64,000 bases of DNA from the human T2T-CHM13v2.0 reference genome, Homo sapiens: assembly GCF_009914755.1 (NCBI RefSeq), contig NC_060934.1, one strand, 5' to 3'. The position numbers were made by a program, and so were the translations under genes. Shown here piece by piece: positions 41,290 through 53,599 of this stretch. Positions within the stretch are counted from its first letter, which is position 1. Each line of letters starts with the position of its first letter. The notes beneath the pieces are model-generated. The model had not been told where the DNA came from. It was given only the letters and a program-made list of their open reading frames with translations, and searched no databases.

Positions 41290-42313
41290 CATGGTCACGA
41301 CTTCACAGGGGCCTGGAAGCCTGGGGATGGCCACGACTTCACAGGGGCTGCTCTGTTCCCACACACACATTGAGGTGACCAGGTGAGGAGTGCATTGACC
41401 GTGGGTCTTTGAAGGGACCCTTGACTCAGGGAAAACCTCGGGACTGTGTCCAGATGACTTTTGTTTTGGTTTGAGTGCACAGTAAGTTAGTCATGTGATG
41501 TTCACGATGGGCTCAGCCTTCCCATGTGTGAAATGGAATATGAATTTGTCTGTGTCAGATCAGGGAGGGTACACTGTAGCTCTCCAGAAAAGACAAATTT
41601 TAAACAGCAAGTACAAAGACTTTTTACAGATCCTGCAAAGTGATTCTTGACCAGGTCCTGTGTGTCATGGACTGTGGTGAGGCATTCTTCTGCTCAGAGA
41701 GCAGAGCAGGTGAAACACAGCCTATGGCCATTTTCATTGGTACAAATAAACGAAGAAGCCTTTTTCCACCCAGAGGAGGATTTTTGTCTGTATCCTTTTG
41801 GTTTGGTCCTTAGGGAGAAATACTGTAGCCACCATGAATCCCTCCTGCTGCTCCCGCTGAAGCTCCTCCAGCCTCCAGCTCTGTTGCTTTCATGGTCCTT
41901 GGTACTTGGGGTTTGCTTTTCAGGTGTACTCACCTTAGGAATTAAATTACGAGTGATCTGAGGCTGGTCCATGTCAGATTCTTCATTTCCAAATGTCAAT
42001 CTGTCCCGCTTCTCTCCCATTGGGCTTTCTCTCTGTTGAGTACTCAGGGAATACTGGAATAAAATGTTTCCATGGGGAGAATAATTGGGATCAGAAGGGC
42101 CCAGAACAGAGAATGGAGCCCGAGCCCTGGTGGGCAGAGGGCTGTGGAACCATAACAGGATTTGGGGACATCACACTTTAGCTCTCTTTGTAACTGTCCC
42201 TCAAGCTGGATCTGCTGATGGGCAGCTTTTGGGAATGCATGTCTGCTGTCACTGAGATGGTGGTCTCTGCATACTAAGGCAGGCTGTGAGGGGAGATGAG
42301 CTTTGACAAAGGT

Positions 42314-42491
42314 AGTCTTAGCCAGCTTGGGCTGCAGTGACCACAGACTGGGCGGCTTAAACAACAGACACTTCTCTGGAGGCTAGAAGTCCAGGATCAA
42401 GGCACTGGCAGATCTGGTGTCTGGTGGGGGCTCTCTTTCTGGTTTGCAGATGGCTGTCTTCTAGCTGTGACCTCATGTGGTGGGGAAAGAC

Positions 42492-42530
<39 letters not shown>

Positions 42531-42660
42531 GAGACAGAGATCCACTCTCATGATCTCCTTACCTCCCAAAGGCCCCACTGCCCAGCACCATCACACTGGG
42601 GGTTAAGATTTTGACATAAGACTTTGGTGTGTTTAAGGGGGCACAAGAGTTCAGTGCATG
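42314..42660 (-). mobile_element. MLT1A-like solo LTR with internal (GA)n at ~42496-42526
   Basis: ccacagactgggcggcttaaacaacaga...ccatcacactgggggttaagatttt. Confidence 0.85.
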
Positions 42661-44474
42661 ATGAGGCTTTCAGCACCCAGGCTGGCTTCACATTGATACA
42701 GCGGGTCCTTCTGCTGCTCCGAGGATTCAGCACTGGCAAGCACGGTTTTCACAGATGAAAAACAGAATATGGACCTATGCTTTCCACCCCTGCAGCTGAG
42801 GCACGCCGTGGGCTTGCTGGTTTTCCTCTTTATCTTCTTCTTCATCCTAGATGGCCATTTGCCTCAGGGAGGGCTTCTGATCATACCAAGGCCCCGAGAA
42901 ACTGTACTTTCACCTATACCAGAAAATTGGAGGGGGCGTGGGTACTGGATACTGACTCCAGTTGTTCCAGATGCTTTCTTTGCAATTTGTATAATGATAT
43001 TGGGTTCTGGCCAAACCGAACCAACTTTATTGTCAATGACCAGAATGAATCTGTCATGGGAATGCTGTCCTGGCTTAGGCCAGAGCACTAGGGAATACTT
43101 CCCATTCCAAATCAAACTCCTTCTGCCGACTCTTTTGCTGCCTTTCTGAAAGGAGCAGAAACCTGACCTTCTCAAACAGATATTGATGGACCTGACCATC
43201 AGAAATTTCAGTGCTGAGTCCATGAAAAACATATGTCTATATATATTTGCTGTTGTTTGTGCCATTCTTAGGGTAGTCAAAGACAACCAAAAAATAAAAG
43301 GCGTGCATTTGACCTCTGATGCACAGAACAAACAGACAGCATGGGTGGCCCTGCACTCCCTTCTCTTCTTACCCCCACCAGAATGTGTGTGTGTAGCGGG
43401 GAGCCAGTAGCGTCAGCTGCTGCGGAGAGGGCACGGGACCTGCTAGGGGGAATGAACTCTTCCCTCCACCAGGGCACCAAGACCACAGGGGTATTTTGGA
43501 CCAGATGAAGCCTGAAAATAATCTAATTTTGTAACAGATGAGGTATCCACTATGTTCTGCCTGTCTGCAGTGTTACAATGCAATTTCTCAAGCCATAAAC
43601 TGGAGAAAGATCAAAAGAGCCTCTTGTGGACACCCTTTGGGGAGGTCCCTCATGGCCAAGTGACTGAAATGGGAGGTTGGAGTAGACCATGGCCAGGACT
43701 GAAGAAAGAAGGCAGGAGGCACGGACCTTTATGACACCTTCCCTGTCCCTGCCCTGTGGAGGTGTGCTGTGGTGCTGTCTAGAGGAATGGCTCTCCTGCA
43801 CTGAAGACGGGGCCAGACCCCTTGCTCCATGTTTCTGATCCGTGTTCTGGCCCCCTGCAAGCTCCTGAATGTCCACCCAGCACTCTACCACCAGTGAGAA
43901 CCTGCGTGCTCATCAGACAGATGCCACTCCGTCTGCAGGACACTTCCTGTGTCTCAGTCCATTGCATGTCCCGTGGGACTCACTGCAGGGGCATCTCCCA
44001 GGTCTTTCACCTGCCCAGCCCCTGCCCCTGAGTCTTCCCTTGGCTCTGCCATGCCCCTGCATCAGACCACCCTCCTCCTGAGCTGGGTTTCTCTCCCACT
44101 GGGCTGGGAGCAGCTCAGGTGAGGCTGTGTCCTCCCAGGCTGTCTCCCCAGCAGCACAGCCAGACAGTCCCCATTCCCAGATGTAGGTGGGGCAAAAACA
44201 GGATTGTTTTCTTAGAGCTTCTTTTTTAACTTGATCCTTATTTCCTTCTCCAACTCAAGTGTAGTTGTCAGGGGAGCTACTGCAGTGTGTAAAATAGAGA
44301 GGAGCACTGCAAATGTGGAAACAAACTCCTTGCCCTTTGGCAACTCCATCCTTTTCCTTCCGTCTTTCTTTTTCTCCTGCCAAGCTATTGTGGAGCCTCA
44401 CGATGCCACAGACCCTGATTTCCAGGATATGGCTGCTCTGGAAAATGGCTTCACCTTTTCTACTTAACATGCCC

Positions 44475-44620
44475 AAACCTCAGTTTCCCCATCTGTAACA
44501 TGGTGGTGATGGTAGTTATCTAACAGAGTTCTTGTGAGAATTAAGTGAGGTAGCAGCAGTAATGAGTCCGCTCTGAGCCGGCTCAAGGGAACACACGCAC
44601 TGTGCCGGGTGCTCTCCTCA
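44475..44620 (+). mobile_element. MIR SINE fragment
   Basis: cctcagtttccccatctgtaacatgg...ttgtgagaattaagtgag. Confidence 0.75.
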
Positions 44621-44690
44621 AGGATGCATGAACTCCACCTAGAAACCTCTCCCCTTTCTGTAGCTGATAGCATCCATTTTCAGTATCAAT

Positions 44691-45228
44691 TTTGGGAGAG
44701 GAAAAGACTTTCCCTCTACCCTCTGAGGTTTGGTAACTCGGTCTATGAAATAAACAAACAGCATGGAGATTAACAGGAGAAGACAGCTACACTTATTGTG
44801 TGCACAGAGGTATCACAGGGAGAAAAATGTGGGTACCCGAAAGAGTGGTGAGATTTGGGAGCTTACACATCATCTCCACAGGGGAAAGGGAAGAAGAACT
44901 GCAGGCCACTTAGGGGAGATAATGATTTTTAGGAAAGATGAGGAATGCTTTGAAGAGCAGATGGGCGATATGAGGCGAAGCTTGTCTAGGTGTGGTGCTG
45001 GCTTCTGGTCTCCGCTCTTGTGACAGGGGTCAGTCTTCCTTGGCTGATAAAAATCCTGAGGAGGGGACTCGTGACTTGAATTGCTTTTGCAAGATCTTTC
45101 TTTAGGCAGTTAAGAAGAGTTCAGAGAGAGTTTCTTCCTGTATTTGCTGTTTTTCAAGCGTCTTTAACTCAAAATAATCAGTATATCAAAGTGGCATATT
45201 TTGGGGTGGCACATTCCAAACTCCTTCA
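44691..45228 (-). mobile_element. MER34-family solo LTR (ERV1)
   Basis: Reverse of tgaaggag...atgtgccaccccaaaatatgccactttg...gattattttgag start. Confidence 0.8.
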
Positions 45229-46198
45229 CATGCTTTTATCTCAGCTCTGCCCATGGCTGTATCACCCACAAAGTCACGTGGCCTCTCTAAATCTCATCAT
45301 TCTTGCTCATGAAGTGGGAATAATAACATTACCCACCTCACAAGGTTATTGCAATGGCTTCCACAGTGTCTGGTCTGGATGACAGTTCCACAGATATGCC
45401 AGGGGTGGGAATGTGTGATACCGACGCTCCCACAGGCCTGTCCTGGAGTCCCAGCCTGGGAGGCGCTTGGATCTGAAGCAGAATGAATGGCATCTTTGCC
45501 CACTGTTTGCTGGACCATCCTCCAGACGGACCCTCATATGCTATTTTTGGATATAACTTGTCATCACATTGGCCACACTTTCCTTCAACATGAGGATGCC
45601 AGGCTCTGAAGTGAAGCTGTGCCCATGACTCCTGGGCCCCTGCCCTCCTCTGAGCTCATTGGTAGAGTTAAGGCTCATTTCCTTCATAGATCTTTGTGCA
45701 CTGATAACACTGGACTGACGAGACTATGAGAATAGAGGAATGAGGTCTTGCGTTTCTTTGGCATCTTTCCTCAGAGGCTAGAGCACTGTGGACATTCACC
45801 ATCCCCTTCAGGGCTCCATTGTGAGCTTCAGGGATCGGGTGAAGGAGCTTACTCTTTCCTGCTTTCCAGTCCCATTGCCAGCAGGTGATTTTGAATCAAA
45901 TAGTGGGACAGCAAACAGAAAAATGATTCTAAAAGAAAACCATGTCAGAGGGCTCTAGATACTCCTAAACATATAGTTTAAAATATAAGAAGAGTAAAAT
46001 GAGACCACAGCCTGTGTAGCGGAAAGCCAGGGTGGACAGACTCTCCAGAATTGTTCTGCGGTGCCCCGGGGGCTCTGGGCTCCGTGCTCCTTGGTCCTGT
46101 CCCACAGGGACATGTCATGGCATCCAGCTGAGGTTCGTAGGCATAGAGGCAGCACCAGTGTCACTGGAGCCACAATCCCGGAGTGCACATCACAGACC

Positions 46199-46349
46199 CA
46201 GGGCTGGCTTCATGAGTCTGCGCTTAGAAAAACCCTGGGCTTGGCTTAGCACTCTGCTGTCACAGTCTTGAAATTCTTCAAAATTTTTGAACAACGGGCC
46301 CTACATTTTAATTTTTTACTGGGTCCTACACAGTATGTAGCCAGTCCTG
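46199..46349. mobile_element. MER91A-like hAT-Tip100 MITE
   Basis: TIRs cagggctggct / agccagtcctg; internal ctctgctgtcacagtcttgaaattctt. Confidence 0.8.
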
Positions 46350-47099
46350 CTCATTTTCAGCCCAGGCCTATCAGAGTCTCCAGAGGAGGCCCCCGGTGTG
46401 CATCCATGGAAAGGAGCCAGGCAGATGACCCAGCTGCTGGCCAGTCTTGGTAAAGGAACCCCTGGCACAGACTCAGGGTGGAGACTCCTTTCAGCCACCA
46501 AGTCTTACTGAGGGATCCTGGGGCTTTCCTGCGGGCACTTGCTGCTCTGTGAGAACTCAGGGTAAGCAAGAAAGCAGATGCTAAGACACCCCCGTCTCTT
46601 CTGAGAGTCCACGTTGTAGCCTTGAGTCAGCAGGCCACTCTGTGACTTGGTTGGCCTTAGTTTCCAAACATTCTGCAGCTCTTTATAATTTCCTGATGAT
46701 TTTGAAAAATGCAACCTTCTAGTGATTCTGACAATGTGTAAAGCATGGCACCTTTGATAGAGATATTTGGACATGGAAAGAGCCCATGGTCTCTTCCTTT
46801 AGAGACTGTGGAGCCCGGTGGGGAGAGTGTGGAGCCATGAGGGGATGGTGAGTGTCCACCGGGCTCTAGCCTCTGAGGGAAGATGCAGAAGAAATGCAAG
46901 ACCTCATTCCTCTATTCTCATAGTCTTGTGAGTCTAGCGTTATCGATGCACAGAGACCTCTGAAGTGAGCTCAGAGGAGGGCAGGGGCCGAGGAATCATT
47001 GGCACAGTTTCGCTTCAGAGTCCAGCATCCTCATGTTCTCTGACATGACTGTGTGTCCAATAAGGTCAAGGCAGGTGGTGCACCTGGGAGGGGTAAGCA

Positions 47100-47650
47100 C
47101 AGGGTTACCTAGGGGGAGATGGGTGGTGCTTCAGCTGGCTGGGTGCTTGGCAGGGGAGGGTTAAAGTGAGTATCAGAGATGGGTAGAATTTAGATGCAGG
47201 AGTACGGGCCATAGCTGAGGAAGTGGGATTTGCTGAGGCCTGGAGGAGGTGCTTCTGAGCAAGTCCCATGTATAGGGTTTGCAGGAAAGTTGGGGGGAAG
47301 GGGCGGAGAAAGGTCCAGAGACTGCATCCTGGGGAGGGGCTGGCTCTAGACTAAGAAGGGGTCTGAGGGGAAGCTACTGAAAGACAGAGAAGTGGCACGA
47401 TTGGATGCATGCCATGGCTGCAGAGTGGAGAGTGGACTCCATGTTGGGAGGGAATGAGGAGATGTGAGGAGGCTGGGGGAAGTAGATACCGGGGTTTCAG
47501 AAGATCAGTGTTTGCAATTTATCTGTGAGGTGGTTTGATCCTGGGCAGTGGCAGGAGAGTGACAACTGACACAGAGTTCCACATGTTTGGAACCAGGCTT
47601 TAGAGGCCGAGGTTAGGGAAGGGTGACAGAGCAGGGGAGGAAGAGTGGTG
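47100..47650 (-). mobile_element. L2 remnant
   Basis: Purine-rich antisense L2-like text. Confidence 0.4.
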
Positions 47651-48644
47651 GCCAGTTTCCTGCTTGGGGCTGTGTGGAGGACCTGGCCATCTGAGGTCAG
47701 CATCCTTCCAGGAGAGCAGGCTTTCAGGTAGGGGAAAAAGCATGAGTCCTATGTTAAAGAGGCTGAGTCTGCCATCCCTGTGAGACATCCCTGAGTGTCC
47801 CACAGGCGATGCGGTAGCTCAGAGAGGGGGTCTGCATTGTGGAAGCAGTCAGCCTGCAGGTATGCATTGCACCTGGGCTGCTGGTGCATCTGCCCAGGGA
47901 GAGCAGAGGGGTGGGAGAGGGAGGCCAGGCCAGCTCCCAAAGGAGCACCACTCTGCAGATGGGCCACGAAGGAAAGTCCAGGAGTTTTCGGCACTGCCTA
48001 AGCTTCCACAAAAGCTTCCAGTTCTCTCTTTTTAGGAATGTTTGTGGATGTCTTTCTGTGCTCTTGTCTCCTCTTGGCTGGGCCTACCTATCTCAAAAGT
48101 CTAAACTGATCCCAGTGCCTTCTGGAAAGGGGGACACTGGACTCAATGGTCCTGGACACAGTCTTCTTAGCACACGAATTTTCCCAAATGTGAAGTAATT
48201 TGAGCAAAGACAAGTAGTCAGGATCACTGCACTCACAGTTAGAAGCACGCCTCACACATAGTAGTCACCCAATAAATATTTGTTGAGGGAATGAATATAC
48301 ACTTAGCAATTTTAGACATTTCCAGGCAAAACGGACTCATCCTTGAATACAATCTGGGCAATCAGTTCCTTCCTCAGGGGCTGAGAATAGCTGTTGTGGC
48401 CCCAGTCATCAGAATTTCCTGTATGGGGGATATGTTTCTCAGAGGGGCTCAGTTTTCCCCTGGATAATCACTAGGGCCCTAGGGACAGACATGGCTGCCT
48501 TGAATGGCAGCACAGGAGGGAGAACAAGCAACACTCACCCTCCTGTGTGGCCAATAGGGTGCCTGGAATGCACTCCAGCTCCAGTATAGAGAAGGAAGCC
48601 AGGGAACTGACCTGACCCAGACAGATGTATCTGAAACAAGGGTG

Positions 48645-49703
48645 TTTTTATTTTTTTCTAATCCTTTTTATTGTGGTAAAATACACGTAAAATTTGCAGT
48701 TTAGTGGCACCAAGTACATTTGCATTTTTCTGTAGCCATCACCACCATCCATCCCCAGAACGCTTTTCATATGCAAAAATGAAACTGTACACATCAAACA
48801 ACTCTCCACTTCTCCCTTTTCCCCTGAGTTCCTGGTACACACCACCCTACTTATGTCTCTCTGATCTTGACGACTATAGGTACCTCATATAAGAGGAATC
48901 ACATACTATCTATCTTTTTGTGATGATGAGCTTATTTTACTGAGCATAAAGTCCTTAAGGTTCATCCATGTTGTATCATCTGTCAGAATTTCCTTCCTTT
49001 TTAAGGCTGAGTAATATTCCATTGTGTGTATAGATAGCAGTTTCCTTATCCATTCATCCATTGATAGACATCTGGCTGGCTTCCTCATTTTAGCAATTGT
49101 GAATAATGCTGCTATGAACATGGTGTGCAAATATCTCTTGGAGACCCTGCTTTCAATTCTTTTAAATATACACTCAGAAGTGGGATTTCTAGATCATAAG
49201 ATAATTGTATTTTTAAATTTTTTTAGAAACTGACATATTATTTTACACAGTAGCTGCATCATTTTACATTCCCATCAACAGTGCACATGGGTTCCAATTT
49301 ATCCACACCCTTGCTAAGGGTTACTTTTCATTAAAAAATATATATGTATATAAAATAGTAGCCCTCTTAATGGTGTGAGGTGGTATCTTGTTTTGATTTG
49401 CATTTGATGATTAGTAACGTTGAGCATCTTTTCATGTGCTTATTAGCTATCTGTGCATTTTCTTTGGAGAAATATTTTCTGAAGTCCTTTGCCCATTTTT
49501 GAATTGAGTTGTTAGTTTTTTGTTGTTGAGTTTTAGAATTTCTATATACATTCTGGATATTAATCTCTTATGAAATAAGTGATTTGCAAATATATTCTCC
49601 CATTCTGTGAGTTGTTTTTACTCTGCCAATAGTGTCTTCTGATGCACAAAAATTTTAAATGTTCATGAAGTTCAATTTATCCATTTTTTCTTTTGTTGCC
49701 TAT
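48645..49703 (-). mobile_element. L1MB-like 3' end
   Basis: ORF 48906-49130 MFIAALFTIAK...TTWMNLKDFMLS; L1MB 3' UTR ttttattgtggtaaaatacac. Confidence 0.9.
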
Positions 49704-49812
49704 TCTTAATCAAATCAATAACTACATTAAATGTAAATGAGTTACATACCTCAATATAAAAGAAGACATTATCAGATGCAACCCATTTATAATGTAAATT
49801 TAAAAGAAGTAA

Positions 49813-49945
49813 GGCCAGGTGTGGTGGCTAAAGCCTGGAATCCCAGCTACTTCAGTGGCCAAGACATGAGAATTGGTTGTGCCACTGTCCTGTAGCCAGG
49901 GTGACAGAGTGAGACCCTGTCTCAAAAAAAAAAAAAAAAAAAAAA
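49813..49945 (+). mobile_element. Internally deleted Alu monomer (FRAM/AluJ-like) with A-tail
   Basis: ggccaggtgtggtggc...gtgacagagtgagaccctgtctc(A)n; TSD-like aagtaa on both sides. Confidence 0.8.
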
Positions 49946-50479
49946 GTAAGACTGAGCATATGCGGCCTAAGTAAAACTCATTTTAAATACAAAGATATAA
50001 ATAAATGAAAAGTATAAGAATTAAAAAAAACTATTCTAACTCTAATCAAAAGAAACCTGGAGTGGCTATTTTAAATACAAGGCAAAGTAGATTTCAGAGC
50101 AACAATTTCTACCAGGAATGAAGAAGGTCATTTGGAGGTCATTTCAAAATAACAAAGGCATTAATTTATCAACATGACATAACAATTCTAAATTTTATGC
50201 ATGTAATAAGAACTTCACAATAAATGAAGCAAAACCTGGGAGAACTTGAAGGAGAAATAGACAGATCCATAGGTATAATCAGAGATTTAACTAGCCCTTT
50301 CTCCATAACTTATATGCTATATAACAGAAAATCAATAATAATGTAGAAACTTTGAACAACAGTCAGCCAGCTAGAATGAATTGACACCTCTGACAACAGC
50401 AGAATACATATTCTTTTCAAGCGCACTCAAGACATTTACCATATTATACCATATTCTTGCCATGAATTGGAGGCCTTAT

Positions 50480-51107
50480 TGATACAGAATGGTTGGGCTC
50501 CTGGCTAAACCCCACCCTTAAGCCTGGAACTGTAGCCCTAAGTGAAAACAGCTGACCTTGTTTTTAATGCCCAAATGTTGCCTTTTTGGTCTATCACTCC
50601 CCTATTCTGTATTGCTCTGCCACAAAAAGACATCAGCTGGCAGAGCAATACAAGCTGCTGAGTGGCAAGCACAGAAGCAGCAAGGGAGCTTCTGAGACTA
50701 AGGATAGACACGGCTAACGTCAGATGGTGTGGCTTCAGGGAAAGATCACCTTCTTTCCGCACCATCCCCTTTCCAATTCCCCATCCCACAAGGAGCCACC
50801 TTTATCACCTAATAAAATCCTCTGCATACACTACCCTTCAGTCTGTTTGTGTGACCTGATTCTTCCTGGATGCCAGGCAAGAACCTGGGTGCTCAGAGGG
50901 CAGGGACTTGGACACTGCTGCAGGGCCCACACAACCTGCTCCTGACAGAGAGGAGTGACCGGCTGGCTCTAGCATTCATTCCCTCTGGTTCCTGCACTTG
51001 CTTGCTCATGTGCTCCCTCTCTCAAGGAGTGGCCAACAGCTGGCTGAGTGAAACAAGCCACTCCAGTTCCTGCCCACAAAGGGGCTCAAGGGAACTATCC
51101 TGTCTCA
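50480..51107 (+). mobile_element. LTR27/LTR1-family solo LTR (ERV1)
   Basis: tgatacagaa...gggctcctggctaaaccccacc...aataaaatcctc...gggaactatcctgtctca, with TG..CA ends. Confidence 0.78.
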
Positions 51108-51187
51108 CTAGCTCCAAATATAGTCACACTGGGGGTTAAGGCTTCAACATATAAATTTGCGGAGGAGGATAAAATTCAATCCATAAC
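51108..51187 (-). mobile_element. Isolated MLT1B terminal fragment
   Basis: Shares an identical 30-mer with the MLT1B at 52190-52564. Confidence 0.75.
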
Positions 51188-51725
51188 ATTTGCAAAATCT
51201 CTATAAACTTAAAAGCATTTTACAAAGTATGTTCTCTGACTCCAATATATTAAATTAGAAATCAATTTTTGAAAACCTCTGGAAAATTCTCAAATATTTG
51301 AAAACTGAGTAAAACAGTTCAACATAAACCATGAGCAAAAATGAAAACTACATTAAAATGAACTTCTAAAGTGTTTTGAACTACCTGAAAAAGAAAATAG
51401 TACATATCAATATTTGTGGTAAGCAGCTAAAGCAGTTCCTAGGGGAAAGTTATAGCACTATAATTCTATTATAGAAAAGAATGTCTCAAATCAATGACAA
51501 CAGCATCTACCTTAAATTAGGGATGGCAGAACAAGTTAAACACAAGTTAAATAAAAGAAAGAAAATAATAAAGATCAGAATAGGAATCAATGAAATCTAT
51601 AACAGAAGTAAAATAGATAAACTTAAATAAATTAATAGTTGCTTCTTTGACAAGATTAACAAAATTGATAAACCTTATTGCATGCCGATTAGAAAAGAAA
51701 TTACTAATATTAGAAATGAGAGAGG

Positions 51726-51761
51726 ATCCCTTCTCGGAGTTTTGGCTAGGATCAAGTATAG
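51726..51761 (+). pseudogene. 3'-truncated (tailless) U2 snRNA retropseudogene, U2 nt 1-36
   Basis: atcccttctcggagttttggctaggatcaagtatag vs U2 ATCGCTTCTCGGCCTTTTGGCTAAGATCAAGTGTAG: 31/36, ungapped. TSD tagaaatgagagagg / taggaatgagagagg. Confidence 0.88.
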
Positions 51762-52189
51762 GAATGAGAGAGGTGACATCACTACAGATTCTACAGATGT
51801 TGAAAATAAAATAAAGAAATATTTTAAACAACTTTGTGCCAATAAATCAACAATTTATATAAAATGGACAAAGCCCTTGAAAGATACAAACTACCAATGC
51901 TCAGTCAAGTAGAGATAGCTCTACTTGATAGATAGCTCTATATCAAACAAATAATTAGTTGTTAAAACCTTCCCACAACAAACCTCCAGGCCCATATGAC
52001 TCTGCTGGCAATTCTTCTAAACATTTAAGAAAGAAATAATATGAGTCCTACAGACATTATTCCAGAAATTTGGAGAGGAGTGAATATGTTCCAACTCAAT
52101 CTATAAGGCCAATTTTATTCTGATACTAAAATCAAAGCCTTAACTGAAAAAGAACATTGCAGACCAATATCATTTATGAACATAGATGC

Positions 52190-52564
52190 TGTATTAGTTC
52201 CCTCAGGCTACCATAAGAAAATATCACAGACCAGCTGTCTTAAACAACAGAACTTTATTTTCTCACAGTTTTGGAGGTTGGAAGATGAGATCAAGGTGCC
52301 AGCAGGCTGCTGGTGGGTCCTCTCTCCTGGGCTTGCAGAAGGCTGTCTTCTTGCATGTCCTCACATGGCCTTTCCTCATGCACATTCACTCCTGGTATTT
52401 CTCCCTCTTCTTATAAGGACACCAGTCTTATTGGATTAAGATCCCATCCTTATGACCTCATTTAACTTTAATTACCTCATTAAATGCCCTATCTCTCGAT
52501 ATAGTCACATTGGGGGTTAAGGCTTCAACATATAAATTTGGGGGATAGAATTCAATCCATCGTA
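52190..52564 (-). mobile_element. MLT1B-like solo LTR
   Basis: tgtattagtt...cttaaacaacaga...tcttataaggacaccagtc...tgacctcatttaac. Confidence 0.88.
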
Positions 52565-53247
52565 GAGGGAAACACTCTTAAAAACATTTTTTTTAGCAAA
52601 CCGAATTCAATAATATAAAAAATGAATCACCACCGAGTAGTTGTATTGCAGGGATTCAATGATGATTTAACATTTGAAAATCAGTCAGTGCATTTCACCA
52701 CATTAGGAAATTGAAAACGAAAAAAAAAACCCCACCTATCATCTCAACAAACACAGAAAAAGTATTTGACAAAACTCATCACGTATTCCTGATAAAAACT
52801 CTCAGAAAACTAGGAATAGAGAAAAAGTTTCCTGATCTGACAGAAGGCAGTTAGGAAAAAACTCTGTAGTTAATGTTCCTACTTCAGGCTGACAGACCGA
52901 ATCCTTCCCATTATGATCAGAAACAGAACAAGGTGTCTGTCTTTACCTCTTCTAGTCAACAGATACTGGGTGTTCCTGTCAGGGCAATTAGGCAAGAAAG
53001 AGAAAAAAGTCACTGAGAGTTGAAAGGAAGAATTAAAGTTATTTTTACTCACAGATGGCATAATAGTCCATGAAGATGTGATGGATTCCACAAAACCTCG
53101 TAGAAGACATAACAGAGAATATACTTCAGTAAGGAGACTTTGAAATCAGAAGGTAGATTTCCCAATAAAAAGAAGTTCACAGGAAAAAAAGTAAACTTTT
53201 CGGCCATTTAAAAAATGCTAAGACTGACGATTTTTGTTTTTTGAAGA

Positions 53248-53531
53248 TTTATTTTTATTTTTATTTTTGAGACAGAGTCTTGCTCTGTTGCCCAGTCTGG
53301 AATGCAGTGGCGCAATCTCGGCTCACTGCAACCTCTGCTTTTTGGGTTCAAACAATTCTCCTGCCTCAGCCTCCTGAGTAGCTGGGACTACAGTCATGCA
53401 CCACCACACATGGCTACTTTTTGTGTGTGTGTGTGTGTGTGTTTTTAGTGGAGACAGAATTTCACCATGTTGACCAGGCTGGTCTTGAACTCCTGACCTC
53501 AGGTGATCCACCCACCTTGGTCTCCCAAAGT
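53248..53531 (-). mobile_element. AluSx-like, 5'-truncated, with (TG)n in the central linker
   Basis: T-rich tail and dimeric Alu ending ctcccaaagt; tcctgacctcaggtgatcc. Confidence 0.93.
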
Positions 53532-53599
53532 AGAACTAAACCATTAGGCAATATGATCAGTTGGCAGATGGGCGGAGATGTACTTAGGATAAAAAACAT

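Larger units (their letters stand above)
49706..53100 (+). mobile_element. Old L1M ORF2 remnant (EN to RT), interrupted by an Alu monomer, LTRs and a U2 retrocopy
   Basis: acattaaatgtaaatg (EN start), gcagaatacatattcttttcaag, gacatcactacagattctacag, agaccaatatcatttatgaacatagatgc. Confidence 0.85.

Noticed and set aside
41961-41985. GGCTGGTCC resembling a Y RNA 5' end
   Set aside because: No continued similarity, terminal stem or TSD.
42769-43410. Overlapping 100-155 aa ORFs on both strands
   Set aside because: No homology recognised and no supported exon structure.
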